In this document: positions 1-13,882 of the stretch, piece by piece | Layout: every line of letters starts with the position of its first letter | How positions within the stretch are numbered: the first letter of the stretch is position 1 | Assembly (NCBI GenBank): GCA_000165425.1 | Contig: CT868607.1 | Span: 310,001-374,000, forward strand | Reading direction: 5' to 3' | Length of the DNA stretch: 64,000 bases | DNA from: Paramecium tetraurelia | Lineage: Eukaryota | Translations under genes and position numbers: made by a program | The notes under the pieces: generated by a model | Seen by the model: the letters and a program-made list of their open reading frames with translations, nothing else | Database searches by the model: none | What the model was told of the DNA's origin: nothing

Positions 1-1
1 A

Positions 2-136
2 GGATCGACTCCCAGAAATTTACTAAAAGTTCGTAGAAGATACCATTAAGAGAGGAATAGTAAAATATTTTGTCATTATTAGAGCGATTAGTCTTGGAAG
101 GATTTTAGAAAGTTGTTTGTACAACAGGATGCGTGA
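2..136 (+). CDS. Possible 3' end of a gene truncated by the window edge
   Basis: Frame GSTPRNLLKVRRRYH...LFVQQDA-TGA followed by AT-rich spacer; no motif. Confidence 0.3.
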
Positions 137-170
137 TTCAATTTAGATTATTTATTTATTAGTAATTATA

Positions 171-713
171 TCATATATCATCTTAAACTAAAGGCAGAGT
201 TTTTTAGCATAAATTTTAGTGATTGTGAAATTCTATGCTTGCCATTTCATTTCTAATACATTATGTTAAACTCATGAACATTTATTTGGTTGCCATTTAA
301 ATTTATTCATCATCTGTATCTACATCATGATCTTATCTCAATTCCTTTAATCTGAATTATTTCATATTGTCTTTAATACATCTAAAAGCGTAGATTTGAT
401 TTCCTTTTTTGTATTTCACTAATTACCCACACTAAATTTTGAATCCATTCTTAAAAATTGCATTTTTCATTTTTAAAGAAACTGACTTTTTATGCCATAT
501 ATCTTTAGAGATACTCTTTTAAACTATTTAATTTTAGATTTAGGTTGATTTGACAATTGAGTTCATTTTAATTGATTGATTTTTTTGTTGGCATTATTAA
601 TTTGATGGCATATTTTTTTTCTAAAATTAGGTAATAACCTATCCTTTTTGTTTTAAATTAAGATGAGGTTAATGTGTTTCCATTTTCTTTTTCAACTAAA
701 AATTATTAAACAT
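171..713 (-). CDS. Hypothetical protein (~180 aa)
   Basis: MFNNFQLKKKMETHQ... and ...KTLPLVQDDI-TGA lie in the same frame, 543 nt apart. Confidence 0.6.
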
Positions 714-1187
714 TCGTTAATTAATATAATTTAACTTCATTCATAATGAAATAAGTTTATTCATTCAAATTATTAAAATCGAGAATATGTTTATGTGTAT
801 AATCCTGTTAGTTGGAATATATACAAAGAACCAAATATTTGATTATGTTTTTACATAAAAATGTATTTAAATTTATTTAATGTGATTTTCATCAGAATCT
901 AACTAATTGATTAAATAACAAAGAATTATTAAACTATCGAATTAATTATAGCTTAATTGACCTGAAATGTATTTAAAAATAAGAGAAAACTTATAGGTTT
1001 TTATTTTAAGATGGGAATATTGAACATTGAATTAAATTTGGATTAATCCTTTAATATATTTAAATTCAATTAACTAGTCTAAGTATAAGGTTATTAAAAA
1101 ATATTGTTTAATACTGATTTTAAATAAATACAATCAGAAAGTAATAGAAAAAATAAAAATTAACAATGTTTTATTCTTAATAATTAA

Positions 1188-1943
1188 TCAACAACATCCT
1201 CCATCTTTTTATTTTTTTTAGTTTGAAGTGTTAGCACTCAGTTTATTCAGTTGTGAACCGCTTGAACTAGTTACTCTATGATATATTTAATATTAATACC
1301 CTCTAGATTATGATTATTGTGATGCATTTGATGTCACATTTGTAGATTTTGGTGGTTAGGAGGCATCCTTTTTAGCCATGAGCTTTCTTGAGAGTTCAAG
1401 AAATGCATTATTTACATGGTCAGCTAATTTTAGTGCTACATTCCATAAAAAGCATATTATGAGATTTACAATACTCTTCAGCCTTTGATGTTTCAACTCT
1501 TGTTTAAATATATAATTATCTTACTATTTCTATTCATCTAAATCGTTTTTATTTCCAATAATTAATAATTGCACATTTTTTTCCCCATATGACTCTACCT
1601 CATGTAGCCAAAATTTATCAATATCGTCAAATGATTATCCTTATGTGACATCATACACCATAACAATTCCATCAGCACCCTAAAAATGAATATGATTGTT
1701 ATATACTTTGTAATATGCACTTGTGATTGTTCTAAATCTTTCTTGTCCAGCAGTATCCCAAATCTACAACTTGACATTCTTGCCATCAATGGGCAACGTT
1801 CTGAATCTAAAATCAACACCAATTGTTGTTAGGTAAGATTCACTAAATTGATCATCTGCAAATCTCAATAATAATGAACTCTTTCCCACTCCGGAGTTAC
1901 CAATAATAACTAACTTAAACAAATAATCATATTCTTTGATCAT
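1188..1943 (-). CDS. RAB1: Rab1-like small GTPase (apparent +1 frameshift near 1430)
   Basis: [63 protein letters not shown]-terminal GGCC-TGA; three tiny introns. Confidence 0.93.
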
Positions 1944-2388
1944 CTAGCGATTTCTTTTCTTTAAATTAAATATTCAATTTAGAATTTATCAAATTTGGTA
2001 TTTCTCATTAAGATGACAATCATAATACTATATTTATTTTATAATAATAATAAAATACTAAGAAATTCCGAATTTTTTTGTAATCCCATAAAAGATAACT
2101 CCCTTGGAACATCAATGCTCAAATCAAATCATAGACTATTTGAGATTTGATTTAGCATACTTTTACATTTTTAAATATTGTTGAAAAGATGCTAAACTAT
2201 TTAATCGTCATAATTAGATTATAATTTAAGAAGCGATTTTCTATTTCCAGTTTTACTACTTTTCGGACTTGATTAATAACTGACTAGGATTAAGTCCTCG
2301 TAATATAGGAATATTTAAGATCCTCATTATTAAGAATTCAAATTATTTAATAAAATATTTTTTTAAATAACTCAAATCATAGTTTTAG

Positions 2389-2982
2389 ATGAATTCAGAT
2401 ATATTATATCATCCATACTAGTCTACTGCCTATTATTTCTCACAGTTTCCAAACTTTTAACAGCAATTCATTCAATATAGTAACTAACAGTTTAAATTAG
2501 CTTAAAGTGATATTTTAATAACAGAATGTTCCGATGCAATTTCCATTATTAAAATATGATTGGAGTGGCTAACCCCCAAATAACTTTGTAAATTATCAAT
2601 AGAATATTCCTGATATCAAGAATACCAACTACAATAATCATATAACTGAAGTAGAGTTAGGAAATTCAGAAAAATACTAATTAGGAGAAGAAGACTCTCA
2701 AACTAGAGCAAATGGTAAAAATTGCTATAATTTCAAGGTCACTGGACATAATAAGAACATTTATAGTATTTAGAGTTTGTGAGGAATCACGAATCCATCT
2801 TAAAGTCAAAATACGACAAAAAATCTAAGAAAATTTTCAAACTCATGAGTTAATTCATACCGACAAGAACAGCCACTTAATGCAGGTCACATCACTAAAA
2901 GTTTAATCCTCTAAATAAAGGGAAGAAGAAATTAAAACAGGTCTTCCGATAGATCCCTACAGTGATTCTTCCACAAAGTTGA
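2389..2982 (+). CDS. SHAQKYF-class Myb/SANT transcription factor
   Basis: GHWTQQEHLQYLEFV...IPTRTATQCRSHHQKFNP; 28-nt and 23-nt introns restore the frame. Confidence 0.85.
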
Positions 2983-3596
2983 CTTCTTCGACTCTATATA
3001 TTAATTTAATTCATTTATCACAAATTAGATTATTGTATCTCTATTAAATAATTATTAATGTATGGAATTCATTAGAAAAATATAATACAGAATTTTTCTT
3101 TGATTAAAAAGCACTCCCCCTTCAAATCTATGAGATTATAAACTTATGATTCATCTTCTTAAACTAATTCATTTTAGTTAAATTGTCAATTTCACATTCT
3201 TGTGGCCATCTTTGTTTTTTTTCTACTTAATGCAATTTCTCAGTTTATTGTACTGATATTCTTATCATATTATAGCTATCATGAGGAATTTAGATACAAT
3301 TGAATAGCTAAATTTTTATATCGTAAGAATTTTAGTTAGTATTAATAAACAATCAAATTTTATACCAATATTCTAAATTTATTAAATATCTTCAATATTT
3401 ATTACTAAATATAGTAATAAGCCTTTTTCTTATTTGATTCTTATCACAACATAGTGAGAACACAGAATAATGCCTACTTCCTACTCTCAAACAATCCCAT
3501 TGAGTATCTTATTTTATTAAAAACTAATTCATTATTCATCGGCAAACTTGGTTGAATAATTTTGTATTGAATATTATTTTAATTTGAAATAATTGT

Positions 3597-4826
3597 ATGG
3601 ACACTTTTGGTCTAAAAATAAAAGAAGATTTTGTTATTGAAAATGGATTTGTATGTGTAAATCACAGTAGTTTTGGTTTTGTGCCTAAAGAGGTTTTTTC
3701 CTAAAGAATAGAACATTATACAAAATTTTTATAAAACCCTGATAGATTCGTAAAAATTGATTATCCTAAATACACAGCAGAAATAAGAAAGACAGCTGCA
3801 GAATTTCTGAATACTGATTTTAACTAATGCATGTTGGCTAGTAATTCGGCAGAATCCTTTAATAGCATCATAAGAAGTATTTTCTCAATTTTACATTAGA
3901 TCTTGGACTTACAGAAAATGATACAATCTTATATTTCAGTATTGCTTATCCAATGGTTTAGAATACAATCAAATTCATGACTACCAATTATAATGTAAAG
4001 GAAATTAAGATTGAATTAAAAAGACAACATCTGGACAAGTAAACCATCCTATCATTATTTGAAGGTAACCATATTTGTTTATAACTCATAGAACAACTCA
4101 AAACATAGAAGATAACAGTTGCTGTTTTTGACAATATAACAGCGTTGCCATCTTTGAAATTGCCTATAAAAGAATTAATATTGTTGTGCAAATAATATAA
4201 TACAATCAATATAGTTGATGCTGCACATGGTTCTGGAATCACTGCTTTAGATATCAAAGACTTAGATCCAGACTTTTTATTTACTAATTTTAACAAATGG
4301 GCCTTTTGCCCTTCAGGAGTTAACATTCTATATTTGAAAGAGCAATATTTAGATAAAATCCATCATAATACAATATCAATTCATTATGGTAATGGGTTGG
4401 CAAAAGAGTTTGAATATTCTGGTACAAAAGATTTTAGCCTTCCACTATCATTAATAGATGGGGTTAATTTTATAAAAAAACATGGATTAAATTAAATAAT
4501 TCAATATTCTGTAGATTTAGCTTGGGAAGGAGCTAATTTAGTTGCATAAATATGGTAAACAGAATTACTAGTCAATGATAAATCTATGCATTCTGCAATG
4601 GTAAATGTTAGAATACCTCATGAAGACCAAAACTACTGCAGAGAATGTCAAAAAAAGGTATATAATATAGAATATGAAGTGTTATGAAAAATACAATGTG
4701 TTTTTGGTTGTATTTAAGTATGACGAATTAAATTGGACAAGATTGTCAGCCAGTTTATATAATACAATAGCTGATTATGAATATGCAGCTAAATGTTATT
4801 TGAAAGTTTTGAAAGGAGAAGAATGA
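3597..4826 (+). CDS. PLP-dependent class-V aminotransferase-fold enzyme (L-cysteine desulfhydrase / isopenicillin-N epimerase / Egt2-like C-S lyase)
   Basis: VNHSSFG, DNITA, VDAAHG, DFLFTNFNKW (PLP lysine), FEYSGTKD, RLSASLYN; three tiny introns. Confidence 0.85.
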
Positions 4827-5170
4827 AGATTGATAACATATTTTAAGTTATTTAAGAATCTAAGTATTTTATTTAAATTCTCTTATTATTCTAATTTATT
4901 ATGTTGGTTTAATGAAATGTAAAAAGATGTATAACTTGTATTATTGAAATTGAGGATTTATGATTGTATTTTGAAAACCAATATATGAATATACTTCAAA
5001 TAAACAAGTAGAGACTATGGTTTATAATAACAGAATTATTGATTTTAAGATATATTCTCATTTTGTAGTTTTCATATTTTAATATATTTGATAATAAAGC
5101 AATAAAAAATCTACCTATTTATATTTAATATTTATTTATTTATATAAAATAAAATAAATATCTACACAGT

Positions 5171-7039
5171 TCAATCTAATTTAATCATTGAATATATTGT
5201 TTTAACAAATATGTGACTAGCTAAAAATCCCACGGTTCCACAAATCAATCCCAAACATAAAGAGGCCATGTACATAGTACCAAAATAATACAAAATTGTT
5301 GAAAATCTGATTATTTTATAATGAATACCTTGTAAATTGCAAAGAATCCAAATAATATTAAATTGAATAGATGAATAAATATACACCTGAAGTAAAAGGT
5401 ACAAAAAAAGCCTTCCACCACCATCTATGATTTTAATTTTATAGTAGTAAATAAACTGTTAGGATTGAAACCTCAGCACTTATAATAATCAATAAAATGG
5501 CAGTAAAAAACAATGAAACAAAGAATTCATAATAAGAATTCTTCCAAATTAATTACATTATTTAACTAATCTCAAGACCGACGGATCTATATAGAAATTA
5601 CAAACATACATAAAACACACAAGCCCTCCAATCAAACAACTGTAAAAATAATCCAAATAAAAAGGCTGCTATGGAACTTCCTAAGCAATCTATCCATATT
5701 TTTATGGATTCTTAGGAGATTCAAATTTGAATCCTATAAATGATCCAAGTAGATTTAGAGGAGTCTGAATACCCAGTTGTAATGCAATGAAAGTTATACC
5801 AGTTTTGAAGTCCAATCCACTTGAAGATTCCTCAAACATCAGTGCAATATTTTCAATTCCAAATATAAATAAGGCCATAACTGGGAATGCTAAATTGCTA
5901 CCCAAAGTACACAATAACCAATATTCCCCTTTGAAATACTTGTAAAATTTGGAGGAATAAAATCCATTCAAACTGCCAGTAAAAACATAAACAACAATCA
6001 CGACTGTTGCTAAATGTCCTGTATGTGCAGAATAGAGGAACCCTATTGATGAAAAAAAGAAAATGGATATGGTCATAATAGTAAATTGAATGCCAGTACC
6101 AATCAAAACACTCAAAAATAATATGCCTGATGGAGGTCTAAAAACATCTCTACTAATCTATTTCCATCCCATTTAATCTATCAATATATCACTCTCTTCT
6201 TGAGGCAATGCTTCAAATTTCAGCACGTCTCTTCTTATGGTAAATCTAATAAACCAAGCTATCAGAAAATTTAGGAAAAGAGATATAGCAAAGGTTATGC
6301 TAATAGATACCCACTACTAATCAGAATCAGTGGCGACATTTAAATAGGCTGACCATCTATTCGATGAGTTACTCATTATGTATTTGATAGAATAAGTGAT
6401 ATTCATCATTTAATTGATTGGACAATTGATTCCAGAATCTATTTCAGAACTATCCATACACTTAGATTCAAAATCAACAGTTATAGAATTAATACTAAAA
6501 GTCTAATTGACTTCTGATTTAGAAGTCCTATAGATTTCTATCTTGAAATTGTAATGATTGTAAAAGGAATACTAATTGATGTTTCTAATCCCCAAGGGCA
6601 CTCCAATTATAGTGTTGTTCAAATAATCTCTGGATAATATTGGCAAGCCGTCGATTTACATATTGACTCTATAGTCGTGGTCAATGAACCATTTTAAATT
6701 GTTCTATTCTGTTTATGTAAAGTTTTTAACACAAATTATTTCATCAATTAATTCGTAATTCATAAATATCTAAAAGATTAGTTATTGTATTACTTAATAT
6801 TTAGACTATTATGTTAGAGTGCCTAATATCATAGATCCAATATTTTAATTTTAATTTTCAGTAGATTCTGGTTTGCAGATATCAAGATCATAATAATCAT
6901 ATGGAAGCTGAGTAGAATCAGAAGTCATCTCATTTATTAAAACAGGTATCTATTCTCCCTCAGAATACATCTTTTGTTGAATTCCTGGTAAGTCAAATGT
7001 AGAAATGACACATATCATAGACAACAATAAAAAGTTCAT
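5171..7039 (-). CDS. Transmembrane 9 superfamily (EMP70/nonaspanin) protein
   Basis: Signal peptide then FDLPG, TQLPYDYY, GWKQISRDVFRPP, GTGIQ, NHRWWWKAFF, C-terminal IYSMIKLD-TGA. Confidence 0.93.
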
Positions 7040-7282
7040 TTATTTTTAATTTTATTATATTATAAGTTAATATTTTCGTTTTAAACTTCTTTACATAGAA
7101 AGTAAATCTCTTTGATTTAGCATACATCTTTTAAAACACAATGTTAAGTAAAATCATCACAATATTTATCCTACAACAATATAAAGAGAATTTGAGGTCA
7201 AAGGAAAACTTGAAATTTTGATTTATGTTTCTGATGATATGGATTCTCATAAAATACATTTATTATTAATAAAATTTAAGAA

Positions 7283-7976
7283 TCACTCTTCTTCTTCTTT
7301 CTCTACTGTTACTACTTCCATTTTCTTAGACCATGGACTTTATTTATATCAAATATAATACTTTTCATACAATGTTCCCTTATATTATTTCCCATCAGAT
7401 AATGACACAAAGATTAAATAGGTTTTTCCTGATATAAATTACTCTTTAACTGATTTTATATCTATAATAGAGGTATTATCTTCTAATTCAAATTTCGGTA
7501 TTAACTTTGAAAGCAATAATTTTTAAATTTAGGGAAATTTTTGGCTAAACTGCTTTGTATCTAGATCAACCCAACCATGATATTTCAAATTATTTGATTT
7601 TTTGTTATCCACTCTAAGGTTCTTCTATTCCAAAGCGGTCACTTTTCTTGTATTAGTCTATGGTCTTGAATCAATTATTATTAAAGTATTACTAATCGTA
7701 AATTATGATCTCAAATTGAATGTATTGATTAGGGTCATCCTTTTTTTAATAGTCAACAACCATCTTATAATTGATTCCTGAAACAATTTACTATTAAAGA
7801 CTTTCGATCTTCCAGAGGAAATATTCTGGACCAGCTTCATCGTCTAAAACTTCATTTATATATGTAAAAATTTCATTATTCTAGCTCATAAATTCCTTTA
7901 TTTTGATATTCTGATATCCACCCTCACAAATAGTCAATGTTAACAATACACAAATGAATAAATATTTATTATACAT
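7283..7976 (-). CDS. Secreted two-domain cystatin-like protease inhibitor
   Basis: Signal peptide MYNKYLFICVLLTLTIC; domain 1 GGY...QQQIVSGINY...YDQPQ; domain 2 HGW...EQFISGKTY...YENPW; introns 7665-7692 and 7338-7361. Confidence 0.75.
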
Positions 7977-8050
7977 TTTAATGAATAGAATAAACGGAAT
8001 ATATTATTAATATAATAGTTTTGGACAAATAAAATTATAAAATAATAACA

Positions 8051-11000
8051 TCACATTATCAATTCCAATCTATCAAGATCCAGAATATCATATGGCTTCA
8101 TATTCTATAATTATGATTAAATTTATGAGATATTTATTTCTTCAAATTCAGAGTCAGCTTGTGAAACTTAAAATTACGGATCATCCAAGCCTAATTAATT
8201 TAAATATTAGATTAAATTATCTTTGCTATCTATTTATAATTATTCTAATAGTTTATTAACAGGAATAAATGTTTAATTTTATTCTAAATTTGAAGCAATT
8301 TGTTAGAATTATTCTTTAACTTAAATCATTATTTTATTGAGAAATCCATGCATCAATGATTTAATTAAAAAGTTCTCTTGCTTATGATAGAAATAAAAGT
8401 ATTTGTGATATAACTTTGAATTAACTTAAGTTGCTAAGCATATCATGGATTAAATAACAGGACTTAAATTGTCTTATTCTTTAATCCCTAACATTTGCGA
8501 ATAGAATTATGAAAATTCAGGAATTTCATTGAAACAAGATAATATTAAAGTATATTATAATGTTTCATCATTTTTGAATGTCTATAACAATCCGCATAAA
8601 GTTTTAAGATTTTCTTAATTTTCCAATAATTAAGAATGAGACAAAATATAAAACCGAATAATCTTAACTAAAATAATTAATGATAATTAATACCATAAAT
8701 GCTCTGATCCTCATATTGAAGGTAATTCAATTCTACTTGAATTTATTTTAATCTATCATTTATGAACTCGTATATATCTTCATACACAATGTCCCTTGGA
8801 TTACCTCCTTCCATAGGCTTCTTGAAATCTTAATCTGAATCAAGATCATCTGCTGTCAAGAAGTTTTGAAGGAGAAAATCAACAGTTTTACACAAAGTAT
8901 CTGGAGTTCTGACATATTCAGGTACAAATGGTTTTTGTTGTTATTTGTAGGCTCTAATAATATTGTCTCTAATGGGTTTAATTTCATATTAATAAAATCC
9001 ATCTTATTCAAAAATGGATAATTTTTAATTTTTAATTCTTTCTTCTATTTCTTCAATATCGCACTTTTTGTTCAATTTGGCTTTTTAAGAATACTCCTTT
9101 TGGAGTTTAGTGAAATTTTCATTTTACGATTATGAGTATTAAACTTCTAGAGTTTTATCTTCATATTCATATTAATTCATTTTTTTTGGTTTAACAATAG
9201 TGTCATTCTTTTAGGCAGGTTCAATGATCTTTTTTGATTCATCCAAACATTATTGATTTAATTCTAAAGCCCAATTAAAATTAAGTAATTCAACTGAGTT
9301 CTTAAGTTTTTGTAGAGCCAATTCAGTGTGGGTTTCTTCCCAAAAGTTGATTGAAAATTATTGTGCTTGCCTTTCAAAGTAAAATTCTCCTTTGAATTCT
9401 GATAAGGCATTTTCAATATTACTAGCATCTGTTGAGGAAACTTCAAGCTAGGTCATGATTTTAGCCTTAAATGGTAAATGATCTCTTTTGATTAAACCTT
9501 TTTGAACTTTTTAAAAGTATTCAGATAGCTTAATTTTAGGGATGCAAGTTTATTATGTCTTATGAAGTCTAAGCAAATATTATGTATTTTATGTCTTAAA
9601 AACTTGGGTATCGAATTTATAATTTCTGGAATACAGAATATATAGAGCTGATTTCTAAAAGTCAGACCATTCGGATTTTGGGATTAAAAAATCTAATGCT
9701 TCTCCTATTTTAGAATGTCCAAAGAAATGCTAGATCTTATCCTCCATTTTTTAGAGTTCCTATAAATAATAATGAGTATATTTAATTAAGATATCTGGAT
9801 AATAATAGGATTTTTCAGTATCTGCCATAGAATTAGTTTTATAAAATGCTCCAAATCTTTTGATATTTTAGCACTTTTAATCGCATTCCAATGATTTTTC
9901 AATTAGTTCATCAACAATTCCGCATTCGACAAAGGACTCTCTATTACCACAACTGCATACTACTCTAACTTAGATTTTACAAGGTTTTTTGGGACATGAT
10001 TAATTTGGATGACAAATTTCTTAGCATAAATGATTACATATTTTTTTGGCATTGCATTTTTAACCACAACCATCAGGCCCATTCCCTTCACATTCCTCTT
10101 ATGCTTAACAAATCTCTTGGCATTTATGTCCACAATTTAATACTTTATTGCAAACACTTCTACAGACTGCTTATTTTGAACAATTGGTTGAAGGTTAGTT
10201 TTATTTACAACGACATAATTTTTCGATTTACTCCATACAATTAGGACATGGCCCAGGATGACACAATGATTTGCATATATGACCACATTCTAAGATTTTG
10301 CTACATACTTCTAAGCATGATGGAGGAGCAGTCCCACATTTAATGGGGGGATTTTTAACACTCTTGCCACAAGGACAATAGAATGGTTAGTTAATAATAA
10401 TTGGACATGGTTTGCATGCACCAATATGACAAAATTAATCACATTTATGTTGACCACAAGGTAATTGTTTATTACATACTTTCAAACATAAATGAGCATC
10501 TTAATCTCCAGGTGGACAACACTCCTTTTAGCAGAAATGAACACCACATGATTTTCTTTTTTTACATACATCATCACACACAAATATTGATTTATCGTTG
10601 CATAATTTTATTCTAGTAGAATCTCCACATCTGCATTTCTCTTTTACTTTTTACACGCATTCAGGATAATCAGATCCACAGATGGTTCTGCTTTTATGTC
10701 CACATGTAAGAGTTGTTTCTATTGGAGTTCCACAATTAGGGATTGGATCTAAACAGGATTTTCTTTAGTCCTTGATTAAATCATTAATTTTAAATTTGCC
10801 ACAAGCACAATATACTACTAATTCTGGTTTTAATTTGCATGGCTAACACTTTTGATGGCATTGCTCTAGACATTGATGTTAACCACAATCAAGTACTTAC
10901 CCACATATTTTACCACATGAATATGAATTCTATGCACAATTTATAGTCTCCTTTTCACTTCCGCAATGACATTCTACTTCATGAGTCTCAATACAAGGTT

Positions 11001-11947
11001 AACAATTTCCACTATGACACTAATATTATTATATGATTTATTACTGGTTTTTGGCAAAAGTGATTTGTGCAATTCAACATTTTACCACATGGTTAACCGC
11101 ATGAAAAATCCTTTTTTATTTCACTGCATTACAATTACTTACTCTTCTTGCCACAAAAACACTTGATTTCAATTCCTTATAAAAGACAATCAGGACATGG
11201 ACCAGGATGACAATCCATAGGACAAGGATGGGAACAATTTTGTCCTCTCTTCTTTAAGCATTTCTATGAACATGAGTGGGGAATAGAATAGAAATCTGCT
11301 TCTGGATCTACTTGTTTTCCACAAAAGCATTTATATTCTGGTAACTTATCTTATATCAATAAATTGCATTTTGGACAACTCCAACAATACTATTCATTCA
11401 TATTTTTTGGATTTAAGTTCTTTATCCATTTATGCATACAATGTAAATGGAATGGAGAATAACACTAAGTACAACTCCATATCTTCTATTATGGATTAAT
11501 TTTATCATAGCATACTGGACATTCTATTTTTCTATACTTAAGCATTTTTATTAAGGTTGATGTCAATTCTTTCTATTTTACTTTTGTTATATCAAAATTT
11601 TCAACATCTACATATTACTTGATTAAAATACCTTCTTCATCATCCCTTCTATTATCATCTAATTCAACATTCTATTCAAATCTTTTCTAATAATTTCGAT
11701 TGTCCTTCTAATTATTTTGTTTCTGATACTAGTGATTTTAATTCTGCAACTACTAAAATTATTCTTGTTTCTAGTATTCTTATTAGCTTTTCTTAAACTA
11801 TTATTATTTATTTTGAGGATTATGTTTACTAGGCTATTATTCCTTACTCTATTTTATTTATTATTGATCATATTCCTCCTTTGTTACGTATTCATATACT
11901 TCTTTACGAGGCTAATAATTGCCTCTCTTGTTATATTACTTACTCAT
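8051..11947 (-). CDS. NFX1-type RING + NF-X1 zinc-finger protein fused to a C-terminal SAC3/GANP domain (~1280 aa)
   Basis: RING CPVCYDKI..WSCTQCYSPFHLHCMHKW..WSCPKC; repeated C.H.C...CH.G.C..C fingers; no in-frame TGA across 9960-8700; then VRTPDTLCKTVDFLL, YEFINDRLKQIQ, KIIRFYILS. Two introns found (11020-11044 and ~8668-8693). Confidence 0.85.
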
Positions 11948-12631
11948 AATAAATTATTTCAAGTCAAATATTGTTATTAAAACTCAAATTTAAGTGATCA
12001 CAATTATTCTTTAATAATTACTCAACTAAATTAGTATTCTCTCTATTTATCAGAAAGCTTAACAATTTAAATTGAGCTCTGTTAATTACCCATTCCTGTA
12101 AGGATGTGATGCAAATTAGAATGAAATTTACAGTTGAAAGATCAAATTTAACAAGGATTGAACATTTCCATAAAACTCCAATTTAAGTTAATTCTATTCA
12201 TCCATGCAGCTTTAGGATGTAATTTGAAGTTGAAGGATCACCTAGAGATCCTCGAAACCATTCAGATTTACGAGGTTAATAATAAACGAATATTTTCTGT
12301 TTGTTAATTAGATTATAAGAAAAGGGAATCTATAAATTTTGGTTATTAAATAGAATATTCTTTAAGAAGATAAGCCGATAAACAAATATTTATCTCGAGA
12401 TGAAGTATTGCAAAGGGAAATTGTTTTATATGAATTTACTTGATTCTTGAGTGTTCCTTGTTGTAGTGAGGTTTAAATTGGGGATTGTAGTGTGGAATTG
12501 AATGGTTGAGTTTTTAAGAATAAATAATTAATAGTATTTATTGTTCATAAATTGTTCTAATTTCTGATTTGTGAGTTTAAAAACGATTAATGAGTAGAAA
12601 GTTTAATAATAAATACTTATATTATAAATTT

Positions 12632-13882
12632 ATGAATAGTAAATATCAAAACTCAGGATGTAAACTGAAAGAGGATGCGCCATCTGATGGATTGTACAAT
12701 TAATCGAGATAAAGTGCTGATTTTAATGGGAACTTAGAGTTCTCAAAAAATAAGAGCAATTCTGTTGCCTCATCTTTAAATGGGATGTCGGAACATATAA
12801 ATGATGTAACACCACCCTTTGGTAATAAAGTTGATTTGAAAGGATTTTAGCCTGCTGATTTAGAATTATTTCCATTTGAACCGAAATCGGAGAAAAACAA
12901 GTATGCTAATTTATTTAAAGTGTCAGCTTCAGATTTTTGTATGAATTCTGGCCATCATTCAATTAGATCTTTTGTTATGGGAGATTCATGACAGGACCTA
13001 AAGGTGATAGATACCATAATATGTTCACTTGGATAATGATAATAGGTATCAGTACCTGTTTTTTTGTTATCGTTGCTCCCTATGTTTGGTAAAAATTGCA
13101 TTGGCTCTATGTTTTAATTGTAATTTATTTATTCTTAAGTACAATACTATTTTTAGTGTTAACTTAAGTAATTATATAATTATATTTTAAATAGTTTTCC
13201 GATCCAGGGATAATACCAAGAAAATCTGTCCTGGAATTATCAGATCAGAACACTCATTTTATTAGTAAGGAGGAAGCAAAAATAGAAGGAACAGGTGGTT
13301 GTCCAGACAAAAGGAAGAAGAAATATTAAAATTAGGAATAAAGAATATGTTCGACCTGTTTAATAGTGAAGCCCTTAAGATGTTCTCATTGCAAAGATTG
13401 TGGCAATTGTGTTTAAGTCTTTGACCATCATTGTCCGTTTGTAAATAACTGTATAGGACAGAGAAATTACAGATTCTTTATAGCTTTTCTGGTTTCATTG
13501 CTTTTATTGGCCATAGGGGAATTGGGAGGATTTTTGATCTTGTTTATAGGGAACTTCGGAGAGGGTATTTCAGGGAAGGATGGCATATGTAATTATATAT
13601 AATAAATGGAAAGTGATTTAGAATTAGACTATCCTAGTGATAGTGTTATTCGCTTTGGGAATTCCGACGATATTATTGACTCTATGTATTTTAGTGTTTG
13701 TTTGTTTCCACATTTGTTTGGCTTACAATGGGAAAACAACGAAGGAGTAACTTCAAAAAAAGAAGATTATTAGCAAAGGTATTATTCCATCTACTGTATG
13801 GTGTGATAAAGCGAAATCATTATTTAATCTACGTCAAAAAATTCACATTTCTAAACTTTAAAAATTCTAGATAGTTGCGTGA
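12632..13882 (+). CDS. DHHC palmitoyltransferase (ERF2/ZDHHC9-like)
   Basis: [59 protein letters not shown]; four TM segments. Confidence 0.93.

Noticed and set aside
9900..11330. Regularly spaced repeats suggesting an array or CRISPR
   Set aside because: They are protein-level NF-X1 zinc-finger repeats with no identical DNA repeat; the sequence is eukaryotic.
11990..12550. Roughly 110-codon frames on both strands between the NFX1-SAC3 and DHHC genes
   Set aside because: No motif or decisive intron, and the strand cannot be chosen; left unannotated.
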